Notes under the pieces: model-generated | The model's database searches: none | Seen by the model: only the letters and a program-made list of their open reading frames with translations | Told to the model about the DNA's origin: nothing | Shown: piece after piece, positions 26,691 to 40,151 of the stretch | Numbering within the stretch: position 1 is the first letter of the stretch | Layout: every line of letters starts with the position of its first letter | Origin: Trichoplax adhaerens | Taxonomy: Eukaryota > Animalia > Placozoa | Assembly: GCF_000150275.1 (NCBI RefSeq) | Contig: NW_002060945.1 | Span: 4,079,397 to 4,143,396, forward strand | Length of the DNA stretch: 64,000 bases | Direction of reading: 5' to 3' | Position numbers and translations under genes: made by a program

Positions 26691-27146
26691 ATGTCTGCTT
26701 ATCTGCCGAAGGATCCCTCAGCTCCACAACGTTGGATATGTGTCTATCCGGTTTATATTGATAAAAATAAGAAAATACCAGAAGGTAGACGAGTATGTAA
26801 AGAGAAAGCTTGTGAAAATCCAACAGCGGAGGAGATTAGAGACATCTGTAGATCGCAAGGCTTTGACGCGGAAATCGAACGCAAGCAATATCCTCGTAAC
26901 TCTTACTTTGATAATCCTAGCAAGGGTAGAGTACGTATTAGGATGTTTAATAACGATCAGACTTTGGCTAATCCCAAATTTAAAACCCGTAAGCAACTTT
27001 TAGTATTCATTGGTGAAATGATACCAAAATTAAAGAGTAGACAAGCTCCCAAAGGTGCCGAGGGTGGTGCGAGTGGAGCAGACGCTGGTGGAAATGTTGG
27101 TGGTAGCACATCGAAAAAGAAGAAAAATAAGAAAGGAAAACGTTAG
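26691..27146 (+). CDS. SRP19: Signal recognition particle 19 kDa protein, intronless CDS
   Basis: RWICVYPVYIDKNKKIPEGRRV...ENPT...YPR...GRVRI...IGEMIPKLKSR, with a Lys-rich tail. True start is the ATG at 26691. Confidence 0.97.
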   Translation: MSAYLPKDPSAPQRWICVYPVYIDKNKKIPEGRRVCKEKACENPTAEEIRDICRSQGFDAEIERKQYPRNSYFDNPSKGRVRIRMFNNDQTLANPKFKTRKQLLVFIGEMIPKLKSRQAPKGAEGGASGADAGGNVGGSTSKKKKNKKGKR

Positions 27147-28399
27147 CTGATTGTATTTTTACCATGTTCCCAATATATTATCGGGAACTGGAATTTCGTA
27201 ACTACAACAGGGCTACTTACGCCTTGAAGGACCATTTCCAATTATTCAAAATTAACTAATGAATGAAATTTTCTAATATAACAGTGTACTGTATAGTATT
27301 TGCATTATGTACCATAGAGTGTCTGTACTTGATAGAGATTATTATACCGTCAGCCACCTCGGTTTGCATTATTAAATGCAACAACTTGGCGATTCTTGTT
27401 ACTGTTATTGCAAATAAAGTCTTTATTTTCAAAGATAGATTGAAAATACAGCCTTAAAAATTCAATTTCATGATTATCGATGACGAAATTTGTATGAGTA
27501 TGCTCAAGACATCTACAAGATAGTGTTAATTCTCTTACGAACCATTAGCAACTGAAACAAGCTTGGGATGAACAGCAATTGGATGAAAGACATTCGAGCT
27601 TAGGTTAATGCAATTATTATATGGAATCTATGTCGGATTGACTATTGGCTGTTAACTTTTTGTTATGATCATAATCAATAATGTAACGCCGGCGGTATCT
27701 GTAAAAACTGTTCTACGATGCCTCAAGATAATCAAGTAAAATTTCTGCAATGGCATACTAATCTGTGCACTTGTACTTCTTTGATGATCATGATTAGTAA
27801 TATGTTACGGACTGCACTGCAGCTCTCATGACCGATTAACAGTCAATAAAAAACTCGAATCGATCACGTTATAAAGGTGCTCTATTTCTAGTTACCTTGC
27901 TGAAGTTGATAGCACGAGTCCACTATTGGCAGATTCCTCCTCCTGTACAGTAGTACTGATTCAAAAACACTTATGTAATGCACTCCTCACCTAGAAGCAC
28001 TGTACACTGACATACAGTAGCATCTAAGCTGTGAACTCTAAACAGTGTCTTTTACAAATCTATTTATCAGAATATACTGATTCACTGAAGCATTTGAGAT
28101 TGGGACATTCTTTCTAAACCCTTTCTAGTCTTGTTATACCAACTCTCTAATCATTCATTCCTGCATGCAGTAGTAGACAGAACTAAACATCACTAACTTC
28201 ATTTTAGGTGATTAGTTTACTGAAATTCTTTCTAGTTCTGTATCTGGGAATTGACAATGTTCTTCATAAATTATATTCTACTCAATAGCGCAGTGATCGT
28301 CGGAAGATATAAGAAAATGCAACAATCTAATTAACCTAGCCTATGGTTGGATATCGAAAAACTTCAGTTACTATACGCCTATCAGCAATGATCTACTAG

Positions 28400-28727
28400 G
28401 CATGTACAGTACTGTACTGTACTGTAAACTGTACTGTATTTGGCATTCTGTACAGTAGATCACTATCATCATGATGTCCGAATTCTGTCAGGGACAAGTA
28501 CGAAGAAAAAACCCTCAAGTCCATCGTTCTGTCTGTACATAAAATTGGTATCGGTCCACTGTACCGTACGTACAGTACAGTAACAGGGAGTCTCTGGCAG
28601 TATACTACTGTACACTACATTGTACAGTCCTGTAGGAGACAGTAAATCTTGAATAATTACAGTATAATTGCCACAGTACAGTACTGTAAAGCTTTGATAA
28701 TGTACTGTACTTGGTAACCAAGGAGAC
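28400..28727. promoter_or_regulatory. TACAGTAC island ending in an X-box-like site; probable NPHP3 promoter
   Basis: (ACTGT)n/GTACAGTAC clusters at 28404-28456 and 28558-28710. GTAACCAAGGAGAC at 28714-28727. Confidence 0.5.
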
Positions 28728-30246
28728 TTTTCTCTTTAAGACTCGCTGCCACGGTGCGAGCCACCTAGACACAATATCAACTAATATCAACTGCATATAG
28801 AAGTGCATTACTCAAAATTACATTTAGTATATAAAATTAATCCACTGTTATACAGTACCTAATCAATTTCACCAGCTATAGAGTGTCATCTTCCCATATC
28901 GAATTACGACATAATTGGCGCATAGTGGAGATGACTATACTGACATTATATTGGTATAATGCCATCCCGAACGATATAAAATAGGTTACTCAGTATACCG
29001 TAGCGCCCGCAATATAGTCAGTATACGCGTATCAATTTTATCATGATCTTATAGTAAAAAAATACAATAAAACATTATAATACACAAAATGTCCAAACTC
29101 AATTTCTTCTTATAATTGATACTATAATTTCGAATCTAAATTAAACTTTAATAAATTAATGACTTTACTGTATAATACCCACAGTCATTTTTAAAAATTA
29201 CCACCTATAAACGGATTAGAGAAGTTTATAACAGCAAGTGAAAGGTTATCGCAACAGGATCAAAACACTGACAATTGTCTATGAATTCTTATTAATTAAG
29301 ACAAGCATTTAGGTAAGCCGATTAAAAATATGTCAAATCGTGCCGTGCCGTACCTTCTTGTTAAATAAAATGTATGGAATTGATTAAAAGAGGGCACAAG
29401 CATTCTACGTAGTATTCTATTGTATCATATTTTCAAGCGTAAATGTTTAAATAAAAGGTGTAGAAAGAGTACCTTTAGCTCAATATTACAGTTATTTCAT
29501 TACCAAGCTGTAAAATAGAACAGCAATCTTTGTTATGATTTTCAAATTACGCCTTGATAAAATCTTAGGGAACATGCTATAGGTTGTCCTGTTGTAACAT
29601 ATTGATCCAATTTACTAAATAATGGATTGACCAAGTACTATAGATAAAAATTCACTCAATTTTATTCCACAAGTATATAAATCCAGCGACGAAATCTCTA
29701 CCTATCTTCCGCTTACGCCATCATGTGCATGAGTATTCAATAGTCCAAGGCTCAAATGTATATCAATAGTGCGGTGCATACACCATTATTTACAATGTAA
29801 TTTACCGGGACTTTTCTACTTAATTTATAAGTGAAAGAACAATAAATAGAACCCAAGATGTTGCCTTAAAATTCGACGATCGTACTGCAGATACAAATCT
29901 ACTTTTTACTTCAATCACTAGTAAGCATCATTTTACGGTAAAGGAACCAATAGAATATCGGTCCAATCAAGGTGTATCATTGCACCTTTTTCCTTAATTC
30001 TACCTTCACGTAACATTATAACCATTGTTCATTGAATGCTTAATTTCTTCTCTGTTTAATCCTCTTTTCAATAAGATCATTTTTAATATTGAAACCCTTT
30101 CAAAAATTTATTAACATTTTGATGGTTTTCCTGACGATTCTTTTTAACCTCTGAACAGTTATAATGAAAATTACTGCTATCTATGACACTTCATCTTGGT
30201 ATTAGTTTGTACAATAAAGTCGTTAATTTTGTATGCCATCCTTGAT

Positions 30247-30260
30247 GTTATCATGGCGAC
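30247..30260. promoter_or_regulatory. RFX X-box upstream of NPHP3
   Basis: GTTATCATGGCGAC (reverse complement GTCGCCATGATAAC), ~250 bp before the ATG. Confidence 0.65.
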
Positions 30261-30507
30261 ACATATATTGACTATAACCATTTCCACATAACTATATTTC
30301 TGACTTATATGTAGTTTTCTTCCTCAATCTAGATGTTTCGCTATGGAGCTAAAACTGAACAATAAATCCTAGACTGTGTTAATATTCGAAAAAAATACAT
30401 CATAATATTAGAAAGTAACTTTAAATTAATTTTATATTTGACTTAGAGAATAGAATGTCGTAGTACTGTATTTGATCCAGCTATATCAAAAAGTGCGATG
30501 TTTAACT

Positions 30508-33500
30508 ATGGGAACTAGCAGCTCAGTTCCTAATAAGCAAAGTCGTAAAGATGGCAATACGAATACTACACCGTCAACAAATAGCCATAACAACGAATCT
30601 CTCGGGTCTGATAGCGATAATCGCCTACTAACTGGACAGGATAGTAGCCTAGATGGTACTCCACGAACAGAGCGGAAGATATTCACAACCTTGGCCAAGA
30701 GGAAGAGCGGCTCAATTCGCAAAGGAAGCGTTCGAACATCACATATGATCACTGATCTAGAAGCTGAAGTTGAAAAATTGAAAAAAGAGTTTGATGTCTT
30801 TCGCCTACAGAAAGAAACTGAAATCGAACAACTGAATGCTGCTAAAGAAAAATCGAATAATGAAATTAAACGTTTAAAGGGTGAAGTTAAAGTTACTAGA
30901 GATGCTTGTTCCAAGCTTGTAACAGAGCGTGATAACGCTGTCACTTCCGAGAAACAGGCCATCGCCAGAGCAGCAACTTTCCAGCAAGAACGTGATAAGA
31001 TACAACGTCAATTTAAATTGTATCGAGAAACCAAGGAAAGTGAATTACATGAACTTTTGAAAACTAAAAGGGAGCTAGAAGGAAAATTATTTAGACAAAA
31101 TACTGTTGATAGTACTTCTGGTAGTGCTATAGTCAGAGAAAATTCAGCAAAAGCTGAGGTACGTACGCTAGGTGGTGTAAGCAACGTTAGTAATCCGCCT
31201 CTTGTTAGTGACTGGTCAACGTCACTAGAAAGCAGTTGGTCAATTAATTGGGCTGCTGTATGCAATGATAAGGGGCCAGAAGCATCCCAACTTGGCGATA
31301 TTGATGGTCCATATTTAAATATCAATAAAGGTATGAATAAGACCACAATTACTTCTTTCGTTGGTCTGAAAAGCTAGTTGCTATACGTAATAGCAAGAAG
31401 CAACTTTTGGGCCATTTTAATTCATACCAGCTGAGTTACTATTGCTATTTAATATTCCAATTTTTAACCAATGTAGATGACTGGAAAGCTGCCAGTATGG
31501 CTCTATCTAAATCATTGCCACTGTTTATGCAAATTGCTCCTATTAATTCTTTAAAAGTCTACGTATCTGCGCCTAAAGGCTTAGAAAAAGAAGTGGAAAT
31601 ACTAAATCAGGTCAGGAACAGAATACCAGAAAACAATTCAAAGGCTTAGAAATTAATATATATGTGGTTATACTGTATATTTAGGTATATGTGGGAAAGC
31701 TTCAAGATATGTGCCAAAGACATGGGTGTCATTTCCTTCTAATACATTTACCATACGATGGTGCAACCGTTACCAAGAGGGTTCGAGCATGAATTGAATT
31801 ATCTTGAATCACTAAGAACTATAATCAGATTTTAAATCAGTGATAGTAATCAACAATGTAATATTTACTTTAGGAATTTGAAAGGGCCGTTCATATTAGA
31901 AAATCTTTAATAAGAGATTCCGGAATCTTTTTGGCGTTTATGGGAGAATCTGCTAACAGGCAAAATTCTTATCTTTATCACTAATACTATCATTAAAAGA
32001 TTTCTTACTTAGGAATATCAATTAAGTAATATTTTGAACAAATCTTTTATTTCAGGTTTTCTCAGATGGAATTCGATCACGGTCATTTACGATGTGCTGG
32101 ATCTAGACCTGCCATATTTTGTTTTAGGAATATTGCGTGGGATCAGTAAGTAAAAAGCTAATATTTTCGTAACAAATTAACTATGACTTCCAGAATATAA
32201 TGTATCTTCAAATGGTTACTAGGCAATTTCCAGTGAAGGCAGACACATTTCGAGGCTATTCCGCTAAGCAGCTAAAGGTCATGATAAGGAATAGCAAAAA
32301 CGCAAAGGTATGATTATTCATCAACCTCTGCCCTTCCAACAAAAAAATTAAAAATTTCATAATATTGTTAATTAATATTGATTTGCTTTAATTCTCCGAT
32401 TTAAATAATGTAGGCAATAGATAACTATAGCAGTCCTGATGAGGGTGCAGAGCTGGCTTTTAAAGAACTTCGAAAACTAGTGAAATTGGTGAGATTTTTA
32501 TTATTATATATATCTGTAATATTTTAAAGCGTCCTTGATGTAGTATGCTAACCACTGTAATTAATTCATAGATTCTGGGAATAGAAGATAATGAAGTCTT
32601 TTTATCCAGTAACGGCGATAGTGATAGTGCAATTATAGAAAACTCTGACGATGCCGTTGTAGATGATGAGGACATATTAGATAAGACTAATGAATGGGAT
32701 ATCCTTGGGGAAGCCGAACAGCTAGAATCACTACGTATTGCTGCTGATGCTAGCGACATATTTGGCCTTGACGAGGTAAAACATTCATTTATTCCGCCAT
32801 TTGCTCTATGTATTTATACGGCTAATGGATTGAGTCTCATAAAAGAACAAAGTAAATTAGATTGTAGTTCCTGATATAGTGCTTAGATACACTATCTATG
32901 CGATTATTGGTCGTAATTTTATTGGTACTTGTCAACAGCTACTCGTCATAAATATATCTTCTTGATACATTAGCATATTGCCATGGTATCTAAAGAAATT
33001 AATGCTGAAGGACCTTCTCCCCCATTGTTGATCATTGGTGATCAGGGCTCAGGAAAATCATTATTATCAGCGAAATGGTATAACACATCTTAGCACACTG
33101 CATGCTATAATACACAAGTGCAAATTAATTTAAAGGAACATTAAATATTAATAAATCTTCTCTGATAATAATATAATTATTTTACACTTGCTTTATATAA
33201 TATAGGATTGAAGAGTACCAGAAACTTCACCCCGACTGTATCATATTGTATCATTTCGTAGGGTTACCAAATTCTATTAGTGCAGACTCCCTTTTAATGT
33301 TAAAAAGACTAACTATGCAGGTTATTTTGGATTATTTTGGGAAATTTTGTTAATTTATAAATTTACGGAAAAATTACCGCTATGCGTAATTGATCTAAAT
33401 GATACGTTTATGTAATAATACAATTTTAACTTATGATAAAATTTAGCTGATGCGGCATACAAGGCAGCGAAACAAGCCAACCAATGACCCTTTTAAGTTA

Positions 33501-36500
33501 CAGGAAGATTTCCTTACTAACTTAGAAAAAGTAGCAACCGAGCGTAACAGCCGCGTAATATTACTATTAGATTCTGCAGATAGATTTCGGGTTAGTGTAT
33601 CAAATGTATATAAATAAATGTTATAGATGCAGTACTTGTAAAATATATCAGTGATTCGAAACGATAAAAATATGGATTAAGAAGCTCAAAAGGCTAGTAG
33701 AGCGCTTATCTTCGGTAGCTATATTTATTTTCTGCTTATATTTATGTATAATTATGCATTAGTCTTGCGAAACGGAGCTAAAGTGGCTTTTAGATCCATT
33801 TCCTTCGGAGGTAAAGGTGATTCTGACCTGTAAGGAAGGAACCATACCAGAAGCATGGCGGTATGTTGTGATGATTATTGACAATATCTATTATCCATAG
33901 CCAATATATACTTCACAACTTTTTTAATCTGATCTGAACTTGTGTCTATTAGTCTGCACTTTATATTTGCTTCCTTTGCTTATAATAAGCCTTTATATCA
34001 TAGACTTGTAGATTAGAATAATATTGCTCATATTTTGCAATTTATAACCGTAAAATGTCCTTTATTTTGACTGAATATTAGGCCCTGGCCGTCAGTCTAT
34101 ATCCGCCGGATGACTGAAGAACACTGTAAATTATTATTGAAAAGTCTTACCGATAACATAATCAGTTTTGCAGACGATCAGGTTCTTATTACTAATCTTT
34201 GAAATATCTAAACACCGTTATAATATTTTAATTATTAATTTGTAGGGATCTATTATATTTCTTATAAGAATTCTTAATAATTGAATGATTCTTATAGGAA
34301 GACGCAATTGTTACCAAAGCAGCAAAATTATCGTCAAGTGCTATCTTTATAACTCTGGTTTCTAAGGAATTAACAAAGTAATAAGTCTAAATACAGGCTA
34401 TATTACCACAAGCGTATAATAACTTTCGTTCTAATAATATCTTTATGTTTCGGGTTTCAATAGAAAATATGAGTCAAGTAACCTCGATGATGATATTGAT
34501 GCTTGTTTAAGTTGTGAAGTAAGTAAAGTAATCTTAATTCAATGTGACGAAATCAGTAAATTTCAATTCCAATTTACTTGTATCAGTATCACGAACTCTT
34601 GCTTTTCTTCATAATCATAGGGTACGACAGATCTATATTGTCATATTCTTAGCCAAATTGAAAAAGAATGCGAACCGCAGGAAGAAAAAGGAGTTGTGCG
34701 AAAAGTAAGTCAAGCTCAATTCTAGCTATTATGTATTTCTGGTCTACATAATTCGATGAATAACCTTTCTCCTTCAGGTTTTATCATCAATATATGCATC
34801 TCGAAATGGGTTAACTGAAGCAGAAATACTGAAGCTTGCCGCAATTGATTGGAAAACATGGGGTCCGATTGTTACTACTTTTAAAGACAACAAAATCTTG
34901 ATTGAGAAATGTGGTGTTCTTACTTTTCCATTCCAGCTGGTAATTGCAATTTTCCTGTCAAACTAATTTCTAATGTTGCTGAATGGTATTATATGTGTCT
35001 GTTCTTAATTAACTAATAATAGGTGCGAAATGCTATTAAATCTAAATATATGTCGGACAAGATGCACGGAGTCATTGATGTTGCAGCGACGATTAGACAT
35101 CATCTGATCTATTTCCATTCGTCAACGTTACTTACGGAGTAAATATATTTACGCTTATGCCTCTATGCTAATATTTAGTACTCTCTATTCACGAGATAGA
35201 TAACGAGTTAAAATGATTGCTTTTACGTTATTAGTCGCAAAGCTATTACATATAGAATTGCAGATGAATTACCCTGGTTAATATATCGTATTCAAGATAA
35301 AGATAAATTGAGGGAGCGTCTGCTAGATTTGGATTTATTCCTGAAGCTATATAAACGGTTAGTAGAAATTAACTTACTTACTTTATAGATTTGCTATATT
35401 GAATTAAACTGAAATATGAGTATCCATTTCAGTGAAAGGTTTAGCGATTTACTGGATTATTGGTATTTCCTTGGCGTCACGAAATCGAACATCGTTTCAG
35501 CCTACCTAAACAAAATTAAAAGTATTGATGATGGTAAACTTTATACCTCCGCACGTTATCATATTGATATACATAGCCACAGTATTTACTTATTAGTAGA
35601 TCATCGAATGAGTAAATACATTGTTTTTATACATTAATACAGACAATGGCCCCGTATTACGCACAGCTAGCCTATATGAAGCTTTAGGCCGGTTTTCTAG
35701 AGATTTAAATCTTTGTAATCAAGTAAGTTGACAAGAGTTACTGTGATTCTGAAGCAGAATTTTTCCAAAAGGTATATTAAGATACCCATTTCTCCGGTCA
35801 AGGGAGTACAGCCTTTACAAAGAGCGCTGGAAATTAGGGAAACGGTTCTTGATCCAGATCATCCTGTCATAGCTCAGACTCTACATCATTTGGCAAAGTT
35901 ATATAGTACATGGGGAAAATACAGGTTAAAATTCGAACAAATTAGATTGAGATGAGAATTAATGTAATTTGCAGAGGCTACGAAAACTTTTGTTAAATTT
36001 TATTGAAATTGCACAATCGTCACACTTCTAGGAATGCCTTCGATTTACATAAGCAAGCTCTTGATATTTATGAGAACACGTACGGAAATGATCATCCAAT
36101 TGTCGCTAAGGTATGACAATCTATGTACTGATAGTATATTGGCAATTTACGTATACTTCTTTCCATATTAGCTCTTTATGGGAATGAATACATTACTTTG
36201 AATTAATGCTTTTTAACAGTAGCACTATCATATTTTATCTTTAAAACAGGAATTTGAAGCTATGGCACATTTATATCAAAAGCAAGACAAGTATGTAATG
36301 TGTTTTTGTTATTCAGACAATCATCAGGCTAATGATAACTTGCATTGAGAAGAACTATAGCTGCTTGACTGTAGAATTGTAATAAGTTTAAATTTTTTCC
36401 AGACATCAGTTAGCTGAAGCCATGTTAAGTAAGGCACAAACAATTCGGGGTAATGCTCCCACCCCTATCGAGGCCAATGTATGTATTTAGGAAAATTATT

Positions 36501-38153
36501 ATCTACTTCTACATACTGCAGAAATTTTATAAGTGTATTAGGTATTTTTCAGTCTTTGATATCAACGCAAATCTAATAAAATTATCACTATTTTTAGTTT
36601 CTCAACGCCGAAATATTAAGACGAAAGGCAGTACAAGTAGAGGAGTTGGCACTAAATTCAGAATCTGCGGAAATTGCCAATACGCTTAACGAATTAGGAG
36701 TCTTGTATTTTCTTCAAAGCAATCTGCAGTATGTACCAAATTGTAGATAACTTGTATTCTTCGACAATCATGCTTATGATTTTAAAACGATCATACCACC
36801 AGGTATATAAGTAGGTGATTTATTAATGTAATCCTAATAATAGGGTCGCCGAATCATATTTTCAACGATCTTTGACGATGAGAGAGTCTATCCTAGGAAA
36901 AGATCATGCCGATGTAGCGCAGTCATGCAATAATTTGGCTGCACTATATTGCGAAAAGAAAATGTATACGTCTCAAATCAAGCTAATAATCTATCTCCAC
37001 TTTTAATGTTATGCTTTGCATCAGAATTATTAGCAAAATATGTGATTTCTATGTGTAATCTTCAGGTACAGCGAAGCTGAGAAATTATACGCATCCGCAC
37101 TAGAAATAAGATCAAAGGTAATTTTCTTTTTTGGCTATAGAAATTACAACTTTTAATTTTATTTTTGTACTTGAGATCATTACTAATAGTAGCATCTGCT
37201 TCATTGTTGGTTATTTCAGCTACTATCAAACGATCATCCTCATGTTGCATCAATAATAAAGCATCTGGGCGCTACTTATAGGAAGCAGGTTCACATTATT
37301 CTTCAATTAGTGCTCTTGAAAACGTTTCTAATTGATAGGTAGTTAAGAAATTATTGAATATGATGCTAATATTATTTAATTACTACAGGGAAAACTAGAA
37401 GCAGCAGAGCCCTTATATCGGTTTGTATTATTAGAATAACCTGTCAAAATGATTAGTAAATTTTGATCATCACTTTACCAGATATATTGGAGTAGATAAG
37501 CTATACAGTTTTATCATCAGTTAAAACATGAAGTAATTTATTGACAGTTGCTATTTTACCTATAACTAATTAGACAAACGGTTGAAATACGAGAAAAGTT
37601 ATTTGGATTTAAGCATCCCAGCACTGCTACAGCTCTAAGTAGCCTGGCAATATTATTGTGTCAACAGGTTGACATAATCTTAATTTTATTCTCTACGGGC
37701 ATTTACTTCATCTACTTAATTACTAATAAAATCTATTATTGCCGATAGGAAAAGCATGAAGAAGCTTTACCATTATATGAGAGAGCTCTAGAAATATATG
37801 AAGAATCTCTTCGCCCAAATCACCCTTGTATAGCTGAAACTTTAAAAAATATGGCTGTATTGCGATATAGCTTAGTATGTACTCTTAATTGTTCAAATAA
37901 ATACATGACTAGCAAGGCTAAGATTTAATATCATATGATCTTATTTACAAATACTATGCTATTATAATTACAGGGAGAGTATGCGTCTGCTGCACAACTT
38001 TATAAGAGAGCTATTGAGCTTAGAGAGAGATATAGCGAACAAAGTTTACATCGAGCCACATCCAGAAGGTCATCTGAAGGAGAAATGAGTGTTACTACTA
38101 GTATTAAAGGAGGAAGAGCGTACAGTTTGACGACTGTTGATGGACAGGAATAA
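30508..38153 (+). CDS. NPHP3: Nephrocystin-3 (myristoylated N-terminus, coiled coil, P-loop domain, C-terminal TPRs), >25 exons
   Basis: MGTSSS N-terminus; [19 protein letters not shown] coiled coil; [19 protein letters not shown]; LYHFVG; [11 protein letters not shown]; [18 protein letters not shown] TPRs; stop at 38151-38153. Confidence 0.96.
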
Positions 38154-40151
38154 TTTCTAGATAGCGAAAATTAGTGTAACATACAGCAAGTATACATAAT
38201 TACAAACTAAACATACTACTTATCACTAATATAATGTTACGAATACAGTACAACATGGAAGTCACCTTACTCATCTATATGTTTATAACATGTAAGGTAT
38301 AATTTGTCAATTTTTTAAGGTATGTATGTATATATAAATATACTATTGCATTTGTAAATCGTCAAAACTGTATAATATATGACATACTGGACGTATAAAA
38401 TCTCGAAAATATACTTTTTTGTTTCGAAAATGTACTCAAATAGCTATTATATGACTTAAGACATTCAAACGATGTTACTTGCAGATAGTCAAAATTAAAT
38501 ATTATATAAACGTGTGAATTAAATAAGCTATGGCGGTATAGTAATCTTAAAACTGAATAACGAGTTCAAACTTTATTCATTACAACAGTACTAGTAAAGC
38601 TGTTTTTCTATGCAACTGACAACAATCTTCATGATTTGATTGAAAATTTTAAATTGCTTATACTCTGCTTGCGGATACATTAATTACTCAAGTATCGATA
38701 ACTCCGTTGACGAATTTCCTTGTAAATAAAATTATGTATAAGAATAGTTTATCTTAAATTACTCTTTATATAACTAAGTTGTTATAAATTACAGAATTAC
38801 AACCTAGATGATATTATATGATGTAGCAGAAGGATGTATCTTTATGGTTAACACTATGATATTTTAGAATTTTTATTCAATCAAAATGACAATCTAATTG
38901 CTAACTTATCGTACTATTTGTGCTCTACTTCTTCGACTTTCAGTAAAGCTGAGTTATTTGGCTTCACTTACAAAGTTTTGATTTTAGAGTATCATCATAA
39001 TGTATTTCAATTGTAAGAATCTAAGTTTAACAACACTTTTACACCACGGACAAGTCATGAAATGGGACAAGAATATCGACTGCTATTTCATCACAATTCT
39101 TCATTAAACGTATCTATTCATTTGCAGTAATATAAAGGTTTCAAATAGGGAATAAAGGAATGGCCTTATAAATTTTTAATCTTATTAATCTATGCTAACC
39201 AATAATAAGGCCACTGAAGTATTTGTTTCTTGATGAAAATTGTATGTCGTATAAATATAAATTGAAATGAATAAAAGAGAGGATCGATACATATATATAA
39301 GAAGGAAAACATAACGGACTAGATTCGCTTTAACCAATTCCTTTTATCATGGTATTCTGCTGATCCTTGCACCAATTTGCTGCTGTACTTAGTATTAATT
39401 AATAAAGCATTAAATTAATTATAAATACTGATTTTGATCGAAAATCAATCTTGATCAAACAAATATAAAGCATAACTATCCCTGTACATAGTTCTAAAAG
39501 CTTTAATTGATATGTTCAATAACAGGTTAGTCTATGTTATTTAATAATTAAGGCTGCGTTTTATGGTGATCAAAGTATAAATTCGAAGCATAATTCTAGG
39601 CTTTTTCACAATTATTACTCAGTTTATCCTCCTTTATTTGACACATAATATTCGAATATGAATAACAGATCTTTGTATTTCAGTTTATTTAATGTAGCAT
39701 CCAAAAGGTTAAGAGCGTCTCGAAATTGCAGTAAATTATCTTCAAACGATCATGTCATGCACAAGTAAAGAAATTCTTTAATTACTTATAAATACAAAGC
39801 GGTAGCTTAACTTTCAAAAAATGTTTGGAGTATCTGTAATTTCTTCAATATCGATACTCGTAGCTTACAATATTACTCGTAACTAAGTCTGTTGTTTTTC
39901 CAACATTACTAGTAAACATTTTACAGGGAATAATGCAAAGTCAGATTACGACTTTCATTCAATACTTAATTCATTTTAACACAACGAGCAAAACAAATGT
40001 CTAGTATGTAAAAATATAAGGCAGTCTTGCGTATCGGTACCTAAATAATGCAGTATAGGCAATATATAAAATTGGGGAAGAGATACACACACAAATATTT
40101 CCACTATCTCTGCTTTCGATGAAATATAAAACGTGCAGTAACTTTTACACC

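Noticed and set aside
30486-31346. Minus-strand ORFs of 158 and 112 aa (also 23089..23482, 24646..25402, 26718..26996, 41048..42412, 45762..45995)
   Set aside because: Antisense shadows of real exons (NPHP3, TUT1, SRP19, beta-helix gene).
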